Shown here: piece after piece, positions 48,266 through 58,283 of the stretch
Position numbering within the stretch: the stretch's first letter is position 1
How the letters are laid out: each line of letters begins with the position of its first letter
Assembly (NCBI GenBank): GCA_021107795.1
Contig: JAIOSB010000021.1
Coordinates: 5,249-69,248, forward strand
Length of the DNA stretch: 64,000 bases
Source of the DNA: a bacterium
Lineage (GTDB): Bacteria; Patescibacteriota; Dojkabacteria; SC72
Reading direction: 5' to 3'
Translations under genes and position numbers: made by a program
The notes under the pieces: generated by a model
The model's input: the letters and a program-made list of their open reading frames with translations, nothing else
What the model was told of the DNA's origin: nothing
The model's database searches: none

Positions 48266-49199
48266 TCTCCTCTCTAAGCATATCTAATGAATCTTCCAAA
48301 TATGTAGACAAAAGAATGGTAGGTTGACCTGTTGCCTTTCTAAACTCCTCTTCCTTGTCCTTTGCTTGTTCAGGAGAAAAAATATCTGACTTAGTCAAGA
48401 CAACTATCTCCTCCATATCATAGAGTGTAGTAGAAATTCTTTTAAATTCTTCACGCATACTTTTGTATCTTTCAACAAGATCTTCGTTTTCTAAGCTAAT
48501 ACAATGTATAAGTAATTGAGAATATTTCGTATGCTTGAGAAATCTAGTACCCACGCCTTTCCCCTCAGAAGTCCCCTCTATTAATCCTGGCAAGTCCATT
48601 AACTTAATATACCCATCCATCACTGCCATTTGTGGCTCAAGAGTAGTAAATTCATAAGAAGCAACTTTGTAGCGGGCCCTAGTCAGAGCATTGATGATGC
48701 TAGACTTCCCAGCATTAGGATAACCAAGCAGAATAGCTTCAGTTTTGAGATTTAATTCCAACCTAATATCCAAATCTTCCCCCTTAGTAGCTCTTTTGCG
48801 AGACAGCTTACCATCCCAACCCTCACCCCTTAATGTGAAATTCCCTAAACCACCTTCTCCTCCTGTTAGAATAGGGAATTCCTGCTTGTCCTCCTCTATA
48901 CTCACAACCTCTTTCCCTGCCATATCATATACCTTGGTAACCAAAGGAACATTTAACCTCAATGGAGCTCCATCCTTACCATGTTTGCAATAGGTATCTC
49001 CTCGATCTCCATTATCTGCTTTGTATGTATGGTTAGAATCAAACTTGGAAAGATCATACACATTTATATTACCAACAATAACTACACTTGCTCCCTTCCC
49101 ACCATCTCCACCATATGCTTTACCACGATTATCAAACGATATTAGCCCCTCTCCACCATCCCCAGATTTAATTTTTATCTTTTTCTCATCTATTAACAT
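48234..49199 (-). CDS. obg: GTPase Obg
   Basis: N-terminal Gly-rich Obg fold (GDGGEG...GGDGGKG), G-domain GYPNAGKSS. Confidence 0.85.
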   Translation of the reverse strand: MLIDEKKIKIKSGDGGEGLISFDNRGKAYGGDGGKGASVVIVGNINVYDLSKFDSNHTYKADNGDRGDTYCKHGKDGAPLRLNVPLVTKVYDMAGKEVVSIEEDKQEFPILTGGEGGLGNFTLRGEGWDGKLSRKRATKGEDLDIRLELNLKTEAILLGYPNAGKSSIINALTRARYKVASYEFTTLEPQMAVMDGYIKLMDLPGLIEGTSEGKGVGTRFLKHTKYSQLLIHCISLENEDLVERYKSMREEFKRISTTLYDMEEIVVLTKSDIFSPEQAKDKEEEFRKATGQPTILLSTYLEDSLDMLREEIKSRLDSQKK

Positions 49200-49285
49200 A
49201 GAGATATTCTAGCATATATAACTCTTTTTGACTTTGAATATATGAAATGATAGTCTGAAAGACATAAACTCAATCTTGTCGCCCC

Positions 49286-50986
49286 ATGTCTGAATCAAGA
49301 TTAATAATCAAATTTGGAGGAGAATCAGGCCAAGGTATAAACACCTTGGGACAAATTCTAAGTAAATCGATAAAAGAGAGCGGATTTTACAACTTTGCAT
49401 ACAGAGAATACCCCTCATTAATAAAAGGTGGAGTTGCATCATACCAAATAGACATCTCAGATGAACAGATAGCTTCCTCCTCTAGATATTGCAATATCCT
49501 CTCCATCCTCAGCAAAGACGCCATACACGATTACCTTCCCTCTGTTTCGCCAAACGGAGTAGTAATCTACAACAAAGAAGATCTAGAGCTTTCACAAGAG
49601 GAAAACAACTACATCAAAGAAAACAATATTACCCTCATATCACTAGACACTATCAAAATGGCACTAGAGGTCCAAGGGATTGAATTAATGGCCAATATGG
49701 TTCTTCTAGGATTCATCTGGAAGCTCTTAGGCCTTGACACCAAGCCATTAGAAGAAATCGTGAGAGATACATTCAAGGATAAGAATGTAGATTTAGAAGC
49801 AGAGATAAGGTGTGCCATGGTAGGATATAATTCTAACCAGATAAAAAATGATGTTCTTAAACCAATCACATTCAAACCCAAAATGAAGTGGAAAGACTCT
49901 CTTAACATTACGGGGAATGAGGCTGTAGCACTAGGAGCAATATCTGCAGGCTGTAGAGCATTTTACGCATACCCAATGACTCCAGCGACTTCAATATTCA
50001 AATATCTGGGGGATACATATAAAAAAACGGGGATTCTCATCAAACAAGCAGAAAACGAAATAACTGCTGCTCAACTAGTCATGGGGAGTATGAATATGGG
50101 AACTAGAGCAATGACAGCAACCTCAGGAGGAGGATTTGACCTAATGACAGAAACAATATCATGTGCAGGAATATCAGAAACCCCGATGGTAATTGTTCTA
50201 GCCCAAAGAGTAGGTGCAGGTACAGGAGTACCTACATGGACTGGAGCAGGAGATCTTTCACTTGCACTACACGGAGGACACGGAGAATTCCCAAGATGCA
50301 TAATGTCAGTAAGCAACCCTCAGGATGCCTACACCTTAACTCAAGAAGCATTCAATATTGCTGAGACTTACCAAATACCCGTAATACTTCTTACAGACAA
50401 ACAGATCGCGGAATCGATCTTTAATATAAAAGATCTGCCTAAGCCAATTGATATTGAAAGAGGAATTAGTAACGGAGAATATAGATATGAGATAACAGAC
50501 AGCGGGATTTCCCCTAGATGGATACCATCCATTAACAACCCTACATACTTACAAACTAGTGACGAGCATAACATCACTGGCGAAAGTACAGAACAATCCA
50601 ATGATATCGTAGAGATGTCGGACAAGCGCCTAAGGAAAGTAGAAACACTCCGTGAACAAATAAGGGAACCTGAATATTTTGGAAGTAAAAATCCAGACAT
50701 TGTATTTGTAGGATACGGAAGTGCAGGAAATACCGTCGGGGATACCCTCAAAAGACACCCTGATGTAGGATATCTTCACTACCAATACATATACCCTCTT
50801 AAATATGAGAAGATAATTGAGATTGACGGAAAAGGAGCAAGGATCGTACTTATCGAAAATAATCAGACTGGAGATTTTGGTAAACTAATTAAACAAGAAA
50901 GTGGATTTGAAATTACCGAAAGAATACTAAAATATGATGGCAGGCCACTCTTTCTTGAAGATATCTTAAATTTCTTAAACGATTAA
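49286..50986 (+). CDS. 2-oxoacid:ferredoxin oxidoreductase, fused gamma-alpha subunit
   Basis: N-terminal IKFGGESGQGINTLGQIL (gamma domain), then alpha TPP-enzyme N domain ITGNEAVALGAISAGCRAFYAYPMTPATSI. Confidence 0.75.
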   Translation: MSESRLIIKFGGESGQGINTLGQILSKSIKESGFYNFAYREYPSLIKGGVASYQIDISDEQIASSSRYCNILSILSKDAIHDYLPSVSPNGVVIYNKEDLELSQEENNYIKENNITLISLDTIKMALEVQGIELMANMVLLGFIWKLLGLDTKPLEEIVRDTFKDKNVDLEAEIRCAMVGYNSNQIKNDVLKPITFKPKMKWKDSLNITGNEAVALGAISAGCRAFYAYPMTPATSIFKYLGDTYKKTGILIKQAENEITAAQLVMGSMNMGTRAMTATSGGGFDLMTETISCAGISETPMVIVLAQRVGAGTGVPTWTGAGDLSLALHGGHGEFPRCIMSVSNPQDAYTLTQEAFNIAETYQIPVILLTDKQIAESIFNIKDLPKPIDIERGISNGEYRYEITDSGISPRWIPSINNPTYLQTSDEHNITGESTEQSNDIVEMSDKRLRKVETLREQIREPEYFGSKNPDIVFVGYGSAGNTVGDTLKRHPDVGYLHYQYIYPLKYEKIIEIDGKGARIVLIENNQTGDFGKLIKQESGFEITERILKYDGRPLFLEDILNFLND

Positions 50987-50988
50987 AT

Positions 50989-51843
50989 ATGCCAATACCA
51001 ATCACACAATACAATAATGAAGTGAAACCAACATGGTGTAAAGGTTGTGGTAACTATGCAATTCATATCGCTATCAAAAAAGCACTTGGAGAGCTGGATA
51101 TTGCCCCTAACCAAACACTCATCACCTTTGATATAGGGTGTAGTGGAAATGGAGCAGACAAGATTAATGTAAACGCCTTCAAAGGACTGCATGGAAGATC
51201 TATACCACTAGCCATAGGCTCACACCTTGCAAATAGAAAGATAACGGTACTTGCCACCATTGGAGATGGTGGATGCTTACATGAAGGACTGGACCATCTA
51301 ATACATGCCATTAGAAGTAATTATGACATTACAATACTAATTCACAACAACCAAAACTTCGCACTTACAACAGGGCAAGCAACAGCTACAACACTAGAAG
51401 GGAAGGAAATGTACGGACTCCCAGATGGAAGACCCGAAAGAGAGATTAATATAGGGGAGCTAGTACTAAGCAGTAAACCAAGTTTCTTTGCGAGAGGATA
51501 CTCTGGAGACCCACTGCAGCTTACGGACATATTTAAGGCTGCAATAAAGCACAAAGGATGTAGCGTAGTAGAAATTATGCAAACATGCCCTACATACAAT
51601 AGAGAGTCATCACTAGAATGGTTTACAGAAAGGATAGAGAAGCTTGAAAAACCTCTTCTCACTATTAACGATGCTAGAGATACAGTACTTATGCACGAAA
51701 AGATCAAAACAGGTATAATATATACAGACAACTCAATCCCAACCTTTTACGATAGGTTAGAAAATAGGAAGAATTCGACAACAGAATTAATTGACGAAGT
51801 AAAACAATATGATATATCTAAACTCCTTGAAGATTTTAAATAA
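50989..51843 (+). CDS. 2-oxoacid:ferredoxin oxidoreductase beta subunit (TPP-binding)
   Basis: WCKGCGNY, GDGG TPP motif; start 3 nt after alpha stop. Confidence 0.8.
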   Translation: MPIPITQYNNEVKPTWCKGCGNYAIHIAIKKALGELDIAPNQTLITFDIGCSGNGADKINVNAFKGLHGRSIPLAIGSHLANRKITVLATIGDGGCLHEGLDHLIHAIRSNYDITILIHNNQNFALTTGQATATTLEGKEMYGLPDGRPEREINIGELVLSSKPSFFARGYSGDPLQLTDIFKAAIKHKGCSVVEIMQTCPTYNRESSLEWFTERIEKLEKPLLTINDARDTVLMHEKIKTGIIYTDNSIPTFYDRLENRKNSTTELIDEVKQYDISKLLEDFK

Positions 51844-53948
51844 TGAATGAAAATATCCTGAACCCTAAATCTATTGCCATAGTTGGAGCATCAACCAATC
51901 CAAAGAAGATATCAACCATTATTCTCCAAAACTTAATTGGTGGAGGATATAACGGCAAGGTATACCCAGTAAACCCAAAATATGAAGAAGTTTTGGGTAG
52001 AAAATCATATTCTAACATTCTTGCGATAAAAGAAGATTTAGACCAAGTATGTATCGCCATACCTGCTCACCTAGTAGAAGAGGTAATAGACCAATGTATA
52101 GAAAAGAAAGTCCAGTCTGTCATCATCATCTCTGCAGGTTTTAAAGAAACAGGAGAGGAAGGAATTCTCTTAGAGCAACGAATAGCTACAAAACTTAAGG
52201 ACGCAAAAATCCGATTAATTGGCCCAAACTCCTTAGGGTACATCAACAACAACGAAAACATAAATCTATCCTTTGCTCGCAAGAACACAGGGAAGGGGAA
52301 TATAGCCTTTATTTCCCAATCAGGGGCCTTCTGTACAGCGATTCTAGATATGGCATATGAAGATAACTTCGGATTCTCTAACATAATATCAATTGGTAAT
52401 AAGGCAGATATCTTTGAAAACGAATTGATAGAGATGTTTCAAAATGATAGTAATACCACTGCAATAGCACTTTACATTGAAGAATTTTCAGATGGAAAAG
52501 AATTTGTAAAACTAGCACAACAATCAAAGAAACCTATCATTGTAATTGCACCTGGAAGCTCCGAGAAAGCAAAAGAAGCAATATCCTCTCATACAGGATC
52601 TTTGGCTAGTTCATATGAGACTACTTCGACAGCGATTAGCAAAGGAAATACTATTCTTGCTGAAAATTCTGTACAACTCTACAACCTTATGAAATTAATC
52701 AGCTACAAGAAAATACCTAAAGGGAAAAAGATTGCAGTTGTCTCTAATGCAGGAGGGCCAGGTATCATAGCTACTGACAATATAGAGAAGTACGGACTTA
52801 CCCTATCTGAACTCGGGGAGAAGACAACCAAGAAATTACTAAATGCACTTCCATCGGCCTCCAGTATGCGCAACCCTGTCGATATTTTAGGAGACGCATT
52901 GTCCGATCGATATGAGCAAGCAATTTCTGTTTGTGAGAATGATAAGGAAGTAGATTGTATTTTGGTAATCCTTACACCTCAACTCATTACCGATATCATT
53001 GGGACTGCTGAGAAGATTGTTAAGATACAGAACAAGACATCTAAACCCATTTTTGCATGCTTTTTAGGTAAACACGATATCAAGAGTGGAGTAAATCTAC
53101 TAAATGAGTACAATATATATAGCTCTAGCAATATAGAAGCTACAATAAGAATAATTAGCAAATTGGTCAAATACAATAGTGATAGTGTAAATAAGGATAT
53201 AGTAGAGGTTAAAGATATTAAAACATCTTCAAAATATATAACGGATATAAAGGATTCCCTATCATCCGAAACCATTATCCTCCCTGATGATATTACAGAA
53301 AACATTCTTAAGGAGCACAATATTGCAATACCAGAACAAATCATAACTCCTCATATTGAAAATGCAATTGAATTTGCAGTGAACAGGTTTCCGGTAGTGA
53401 TTAAAGCAACCTCGAAAGATCTTGCACATAAAACTGATGTAAAAGCGGTCTATGTAGATATTAGAACAATCTCAGAGTTTGAATCAAAGTTCTATGAGCT
53501 AAGAGAGGTCATCTCTAAAGTAACAGGTACTACCTCTCCAGAGATTTTAGTACAAGAAATGGTAGAGAGCAATTCAGAGATTTTTATTGGAGCCAATAGG
53601 GAAGGAGATAGTCGAATATATGAAGATGATGGGAAAGGGTTTGGTCACCTCTTAGCAATTGGACAGGGAGGTATATACACAGAGGTTTACAAGGATATAG
53701 AGCATGTATTACTTCCTACAAGTAGAGAAGATATCTTGGAAGCAGTTAATAGAACTAGGCTGTCAAAAATAATTGATGGGTATAGGGGAAGACCTCTATT
53801 AGCTAAAGAGAAGCTCTTGGATATGATGGAAAGTATTCAGAGATTGCTAATATCGTACCCACAGATAATTAGTATGGATATCAACCCTGTAATGCTTACA
53901 GAGGAGAAGGTCGTAGCAGTAGACACTAAAATATATATCAAAGACTAG
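51843..53948 (+). CDS. acetyl-CoA synthetase (ADP-forming), fused alpha-beta
   Basis: CoA-binding IAIVGASTNPKKIS...VYPVNPKYEEVLG; succinyl-CoA-synthetase-like and ATP-grasp domains; start overlaps upstream stop (TAATG). Confidence 0.75.
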   Translation: MNENILNPKSIAIVGASTNPKKISTIILQNLIGGGYNGKVYPVNPKYEEVLGRKSYSNILAIKEDLDQVCIAIPAHLVEEVIDQCIEKKVQSVIIISAGFKETGEEGILLEQRIATKLKDAKIRLIGPNSLGYINNNENINLSFARKNTGKGNIAFISQSGAFCTAILDMAYEDNFGFSNIISIGNKADIFENELIEMFQNDSNTTAIALYIEEFSDGKEFVKLAQQSKKPIIVIAPGSSEKAKEAISSHTGSLASSYETTSTAISKGNTILAENSVQLYNLMKLISYKKIPKGKKIAVVSNAGGPGIIATDNIEKYGLTLSELGEKTTKKLLNALPSASSMRNPVDILGDALSDRYEQAISVCENDKEVDCILVILTPQLITDIIGTAEKIVKIQNKTSKPIFACFLGKHDIKSGVNLLNEYNIYSSSNIEATIRIISKLVKYNSDSVNKDIVEVKDIKTSSKYITDIKDSLSSETIILPDDITENILKEHNIAIPEQIITPHIENAIEFAVNRFPVVIKATSKDLAHKTDVKAVYVDIRTISEFESKFYELREVISKVTGTTSPEILVQEMVESNSEIFIGANREGDSRIYEDDGKGFGHLLAIGQGGIYTEVYKDIEHVLLPTSREDILEAVNRTRLSKIIDGYRGRPLLAKEKLLDMMESIQRLLISYPQIISMDINPVMLTEEKVVAVDTKIYIKD

Positions 53949-55525
53949 CTGTCTAACAACCTCTTACTCTCTTCAATATCGCTCCATTCATGCTCTACAC
54001 TCTCAAAACAAAGAGATTTCTCATGTGCCTTTCCTGTGATAATAACCAGATCTCCATCCTCTGCTAACTCAAAAGCCCTCGATATTGCATCTCTCCTTAC
54101 TTCTACATCCTTCGTATCATCATCAAATCTAATAAGCTCTCCACTATCACTACCCCCATCTCTCCAACCCCTCTCAATCTCATCATTAATATCTTTCAAC
54201 CTCTCGCTCCTTGGATCCTCTGCAGTCAATATTGTAATATCAGCCAACTCATTAGAAAACTTACCCATAGGATAGCGCTTAGAAGGATCTCTCATCCCTG
54301 CACAACCAAATACATGGATAACCTTCCCCTTAGTTAATCCTCTTACACTCTCCAAAACCTCTTTAGTAGAATTAGCAGTATGGGCAAAATCAACAAACAC
54401 TTTAAAAGGACCCTCTTGCACAAGCTCCATCCTTCCACTCACTGTCTCAAAGTCTTTAATAGAATTAACAATATTCTCAAGATCTAGTTCTTCATTCAAA
54501 CAACTCCCACAAGCGGCTAGAAAGTTGCTTACATTGTAAATACCATAAATAGGGATATGTACATCAGCCTTCTCCTTACCAACTAACACTTTGAATTCTA
54601 AACCATCTCTATCCTTAATATCCTTGGCAAAGATAGTAGCAGACTTATCACTAACGCTATATTCCATATTCCTACCCATTGAGATACCACTTAGATAATC
54701 ATATGATTTGTCATCTCTATTCAAAACGATTACTGTATCTGGAGTAGTATGCTCCTTAATCAAGAGACCCTTAGAATGCAAGTAATTATCCCAAGTTTTG
54801 TGATAGTCAAGATGCTCACTAGTAATATTAGTATATGTAACTGTATCAAATTTAAGACCAGCAATCCTTCCCTGCTCCAAGCCATGAGAAGTAGCCTCCA
54901 AGACTAAGTGTGTACAATTAGCCTCTATTGCCATATTAATTAATCTCAGAAGTTCTTGTGATGTAGGAGTCGTAGTATGAAAACCAGTATCGATTTCCTC
55001 ATCACCAATAATGGCGGATACTGTACTAATCAGTGCAGGTTTAAATCCATTCTTTTTGAGAATATGGGAAATCATTGTACAAGTAGTAGTCTTACCATCA
55101 GTACCAGTAACTCCGATCAATCTCAAATTCTTTACATCAAGAGAGTAGAGTGGAGCAATATCTGACTCAAAGAATGCCTCTACTTGATTCCCTCCCAAAA
55201 GATCATCCTCGAAATCGTTGATGATAGATTTGTACATCTCTCCAACCTCATAACCATCAATATCACAATTTAACACCTGTATATCTTTCAGGATATTTTC
55301 TGGCAGACTATGTGTATAGATATAGTAGGAGGTATCAAAAACTTCTGTAGGATTACTGTAAGTAATTACTGCACCCATTTTCTCCAACTCCTTTGTCTTA
55401 TCATTTTCGCTAATATCGAAACCTACAACATTTACACCACATAAGAGCAAAAACTTAGCGATGTAGTAAGCACCACTACCACCTATACCTACGATTGTTA
55501 CACTTTCAACTTCATATCTATTCAT
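53945..55525 (-). CDS. Mur ligase family protein (MurE-like C-terminus, MurC-type N-terminal Rossmann domain)
   Basis: IVGIGGSGAY N-terminal fold; GVTGTDGKTTT P-loop; C-terminal FGCAGMRD...AEDPRSE resembles MurE. Confidence 0.5.
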   Translation of the reverse strand: MNRYEVESVTIVGIGGSGAYYIAKFLLLCGVNVVGFDISENDKTKELEKMGAVITYSNPTEVFDTSYYIYTHSLPENILKDIQVLNCDIDGYEVGEMYKSIINDFEDDLLGGNQVEAFFESDIAPLYSLDVKNLRLIGVTGTDGKTTTCTMISHILKKNGFKPALISTVSAIIGDEEIDTGFHTTTPTSQELLRLINMAIEANCTHLVLEATSHGLEQGRIAGLKFDTVTYTNITSEHLDYHKTWDNYLHSKGLLIKEHTTPDTVIVLNRDDKSYDYLSGISMGRNMEYSVSDKSATIFAKDIKDRDGLEFKVLVGKEKADVHIPIYGIYNVSNFLAACGSCLNEELDLENIVNSIKDFETVSGRMELVQEGPFKVFVDFAHTANSTKEVLESVRGLTKGKVIHVFGCAGMRDPSKRYPMGKFSNELADITILTAEDPRSERLKDINDEIERGWRDGGSDSGELIRFDDDTKDVEVRRDAISRAFELAEDGDLVIITGKAHEKSLCFESVEHEWSDIEESKRLLDS

Positions 55526-56855
55526 TTGTTATGCTCATCAATTTAAAAATATCTTTCAAGTCTCCAGCACTAGCAAAGACGATTACATATTCACTACCAA
55601 ACCCTTTAAGAAGGTTAGCTGTATTTTCGAAATCCTTCGTATATCGAATATCCTTCTTAATATTCTCTTCTTTCAAATACTTTACAAATTCTTCGTCAGA
55701 CATACTCTCCCTATACTCCTTAGGCTCCCTTGCAGGGACATAGATATTGGGTATGAAGACAATATCTGCATCATCTAAACTCTTAGCAAACTCTTTCTTA
55801 AACGAAATACTCCTCTCTACACTATGTGGTTGCCATACAAATACAATCTTCTTCTTAGGGTGCATCTCCTTTGTTCCCTGTAAACAAGCAGATATCTTCT
55901 CTGGATTGTGAGCGTAATCAAGATATACTTCACTACCATGCTCACTCTTCCCTATATACTCAAATCTAGAAGAAATACCTGGGAAATCACCTATATCAGG
56001 AAATATTCCCAAGGATTTTGCTACACCACACATTCTAAACACGTTCTCCTTGTTGTGCTTGCCGTGCAATCCTGCATCGACCTCTTCATACACTCCTTCA
56101 ATATCTTTACAATCAATTACCTTTACATCTAAATCCCGGAGCACCTCAGAAGTATTCTTACCTCTACTATCAATAACAACACTGTTTGTAGAATTACCTA
56201 CAAACTCCTTAAAAGCACTATTATAATCCTCCTGACTTTTGTAGTAATCAGTATGATCTAATCCAATATTTGTAATTACAGATATATATGGAGCAGGGAC
56301 TCTATCGATAAACTGCCTTTTGTACTCGCAACTCTCTACTACGAGATATTCGCTGTCTAAATTGTAGTTATATGACTTATCAATCTCCAATATATTATCT
56401 CCAATCACAAAATTTGGTAACTCCCTATACTCCTTGTAGAGCATCCAAGTAACCAATGCCGAGGTAGTAGTCTTACCATGAGTACCGGCAATAGCGATTG
56501 TTTTGAAGTTCTTACTAATCACACCAAATATCTCAGGGAGTGTAATGGTAGGTATACCCAATCCCTCTGCTTTTGAACACTCAGGGTTACCTGGTATAGG
56601 GCCGTTGGGGAATATGACAAGATCTAAATCTTCTGTAATGTACTTTGCACTATGTCCCCCTTCATACAATATTCCTCTTTCAATCCATTTTTTAGCAATA
56701 GGGTTGTCTTGATTGACCTCTGACGCTGTTACTTGTACTCCCATATTAAGAAGGTGTGTGGCAACAAAACTACTAAAACCAGAACATATTCCAATGGTGT
56801 GGACTTTCTTCAAATCTTCAAGCTTTAAATTCTTAACCTCTTCTTTAGTAAGCAT
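55518..56855 (-). CDS. murC: UDP-N-acetylmuramate--L-alanine ligase
   Basis: IAIAGTHGKTTTSAL MurC signature. Confidence 0.8.
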   Translation of the reverse strand: MLTKEEVKNLKLEDLKKVHTIGICSGFSSFVATHLLNMGVQVTASEVNQDNPIAKKWIERGILYEGGHSAKYITEDLDLVIFPNGPIPGNPECSKAEGLGIPTITLPEIFGVISKNFKTIAIAGTHGKTTTSALVTWMLYKEYRELPNFVIGDNILEIDKSYNYNLDSEYLVVESCEYKRQFIDRVPAPYISVITNIGLDHTDYYKSQEDYNSAFKEFVGNSTNSVVIDSRGKNTSEVLRDLDVKVIDCKDIEGVYEEVDAGLHGKHNKENVFRMCGVAKSLGIFPDIGDFPGISSRFEYIGKSEHGSEVYLDYAHNPEKISACLQGTKEMHPKKKIVFVWQPHSVERSISFKKEFAKSLDDADIVFIPNIYVPAREPKEYRESMSDEEFVKYLKEENIKKDIRYTKDFENTANLLKGFGSEYVIVFASAGDLKDIFKLMSITNE

Positions 56856-56857
56856 AT

Positions 56858-58231
56858 CTATTTAAGTGAATTTACATACTCAATAAACTGGTTTCCCCTG
56901 TCAAACTCATTAATAAACATATTAAAACTACTTCCACCTGGACAAAGAATTACCATATCTCCATCACTTGCTAGCTCACGAGCCTTTTCTATAGCACTAC
57001 CCATACTATCGAAATATTTCTCTACAGGGATATCGTCACTAACATACTTAGAAATCTTCTCAGAAGCACTTCCCTCAAACAAAATCAAAGATTTTAAATA
57101 GTTCTCCATATATGGTGCAATTTTACTGTAATCCATCCCTTTATCAATTCCACCAGCAATCATTACAATCTTTCCTTTGTTACCTTCTCCAAACCTATCA
57201 AACATCGCTATTACTGACTGTACAGCAGTAGCACATGTATCATTGTAGTATTTAACACCCTTAAAATCGCGTACAAACTCCTGCCTATGACTAACTCCAC
57301 GAAAAGATTGTACTACTGACACTATCTTCTCAACAGAAAGATCATATATCCGAACTACAGCGATAGCGCAAAGGATGTTGTAGAAATTGTGTTCACCCTC
57401 AAGAATTAAATCTTCTAACTGAAGTAAGATGTTCCCATTTTCAAACACCCTAAGATTCTCATCCATGTAGTAGCTAGCATCGCTATCCTTCATACTAATT
57501 GTAATTACCTTTCCTTTTGCCTCATTTACAAATGCACGGACTGTAGCATCATCATCAATATTTAGAACAAGGTAATCATCACTCCCTTGGTGTAAAAAGA
57601 TATTCTTTTTAGCTTCAATATACTCTTCCATACTTCCATGCCAATCAAGATGATCACTAAATATATTTGTAATCACCGCTATATGAGGAGACACTCTAGA
57701 CTCTCCCATACCATCTAACTGGAAGCTTGAGAGTTCTAGAACCGAGATGTTGTTCTTGTTTAAGCCAGGTAGTTCTCTAATTGCGCTTTTACCAATATTT
57801 CCACCAAGAAGGACCTTTTCTTCATACTTACTCTTAAATAACTCATATATTAGTGTCGTAGTAGTTGATTTCCCTTTAGTCCCAGTAATCCCAACTATTG
57901 GAGTAGGTGAGAGCTTATGAAAAAGAGCCATTTGAGTTACAATTTCTTTTCCAGCATCTCTAGCAATCTTTAAATATTTGTTGTTGGGTTTAATAGCGGG
58001 GTTTCGAACAATGATATCATTTTCAACAAAGTCACTTTCCAAATGACCACCTAGGTGATATGTGATATTGGGATAGGTAGAGAGTCTTTTAAGTGGTTCT
58101 TTTAGTTCTTCCTCACTCTTACCATCTGTAATGGTAACTTTAGCTCCTTGTTCCAAGAAATATTCGGTCATACCCAATCCACCGTCATTGAGTCCTAGTC
58201 CGAAGATTAGTACTTTTTTATTTGTAAACAT
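56858..58231 (-). CDS. murD: UDP-N-acetylmuramoylalanine--D-glutamate ligase
   Basis: VGITGTKGKSTTTTL MurD signature, N-terminal Rossmann LIFGLGLNDGGLG. Confidence 0.8.
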   Translation of the reverse strand: MFTNKKVLIFGLGLNDGGLGMTEYFLEQGAKVTITDGKSEEELKEPLKRLSTYPNITYHLGGHLESDFVENDIIVRNPAIKPNNKYLKIARDAGKEIVTQMALFHKLSPTPIVGITGTKGKSTTTTLIYELFKSKYEEKVLLGGNIGKSAIRELPGLNKNNISVLELSSFQLDGMGESRVSPHIAVITNIFSDHLDWHGSMEEYIEAKKNIFLHQGSDDYLVLNIDDDATVRAFVNEAKGKVITISMKDSDASYYMDENLRVFENGNILLQLEDLILEGEHNFYNILCAIAVVRIYDLSVEKIVSVVQSFRGVSHRQEFVRDFKGVKYYNDTCATAVQSVIAMFDRFGEGNKGKIVMIAGGIDKGMDYSKIAPYMENYLKSLILFEGSASEKISKYVSDDIPVEKYFDSMGSAIEKARELASDGDMVILCPGGSSFNMFINEFDRGNQFIEYVNSLK

Positions 58232-58283
58232 ATTGTTACATCATATACTGAAATATATAAAATTTGAAGTGGCAGAGAGTGAG

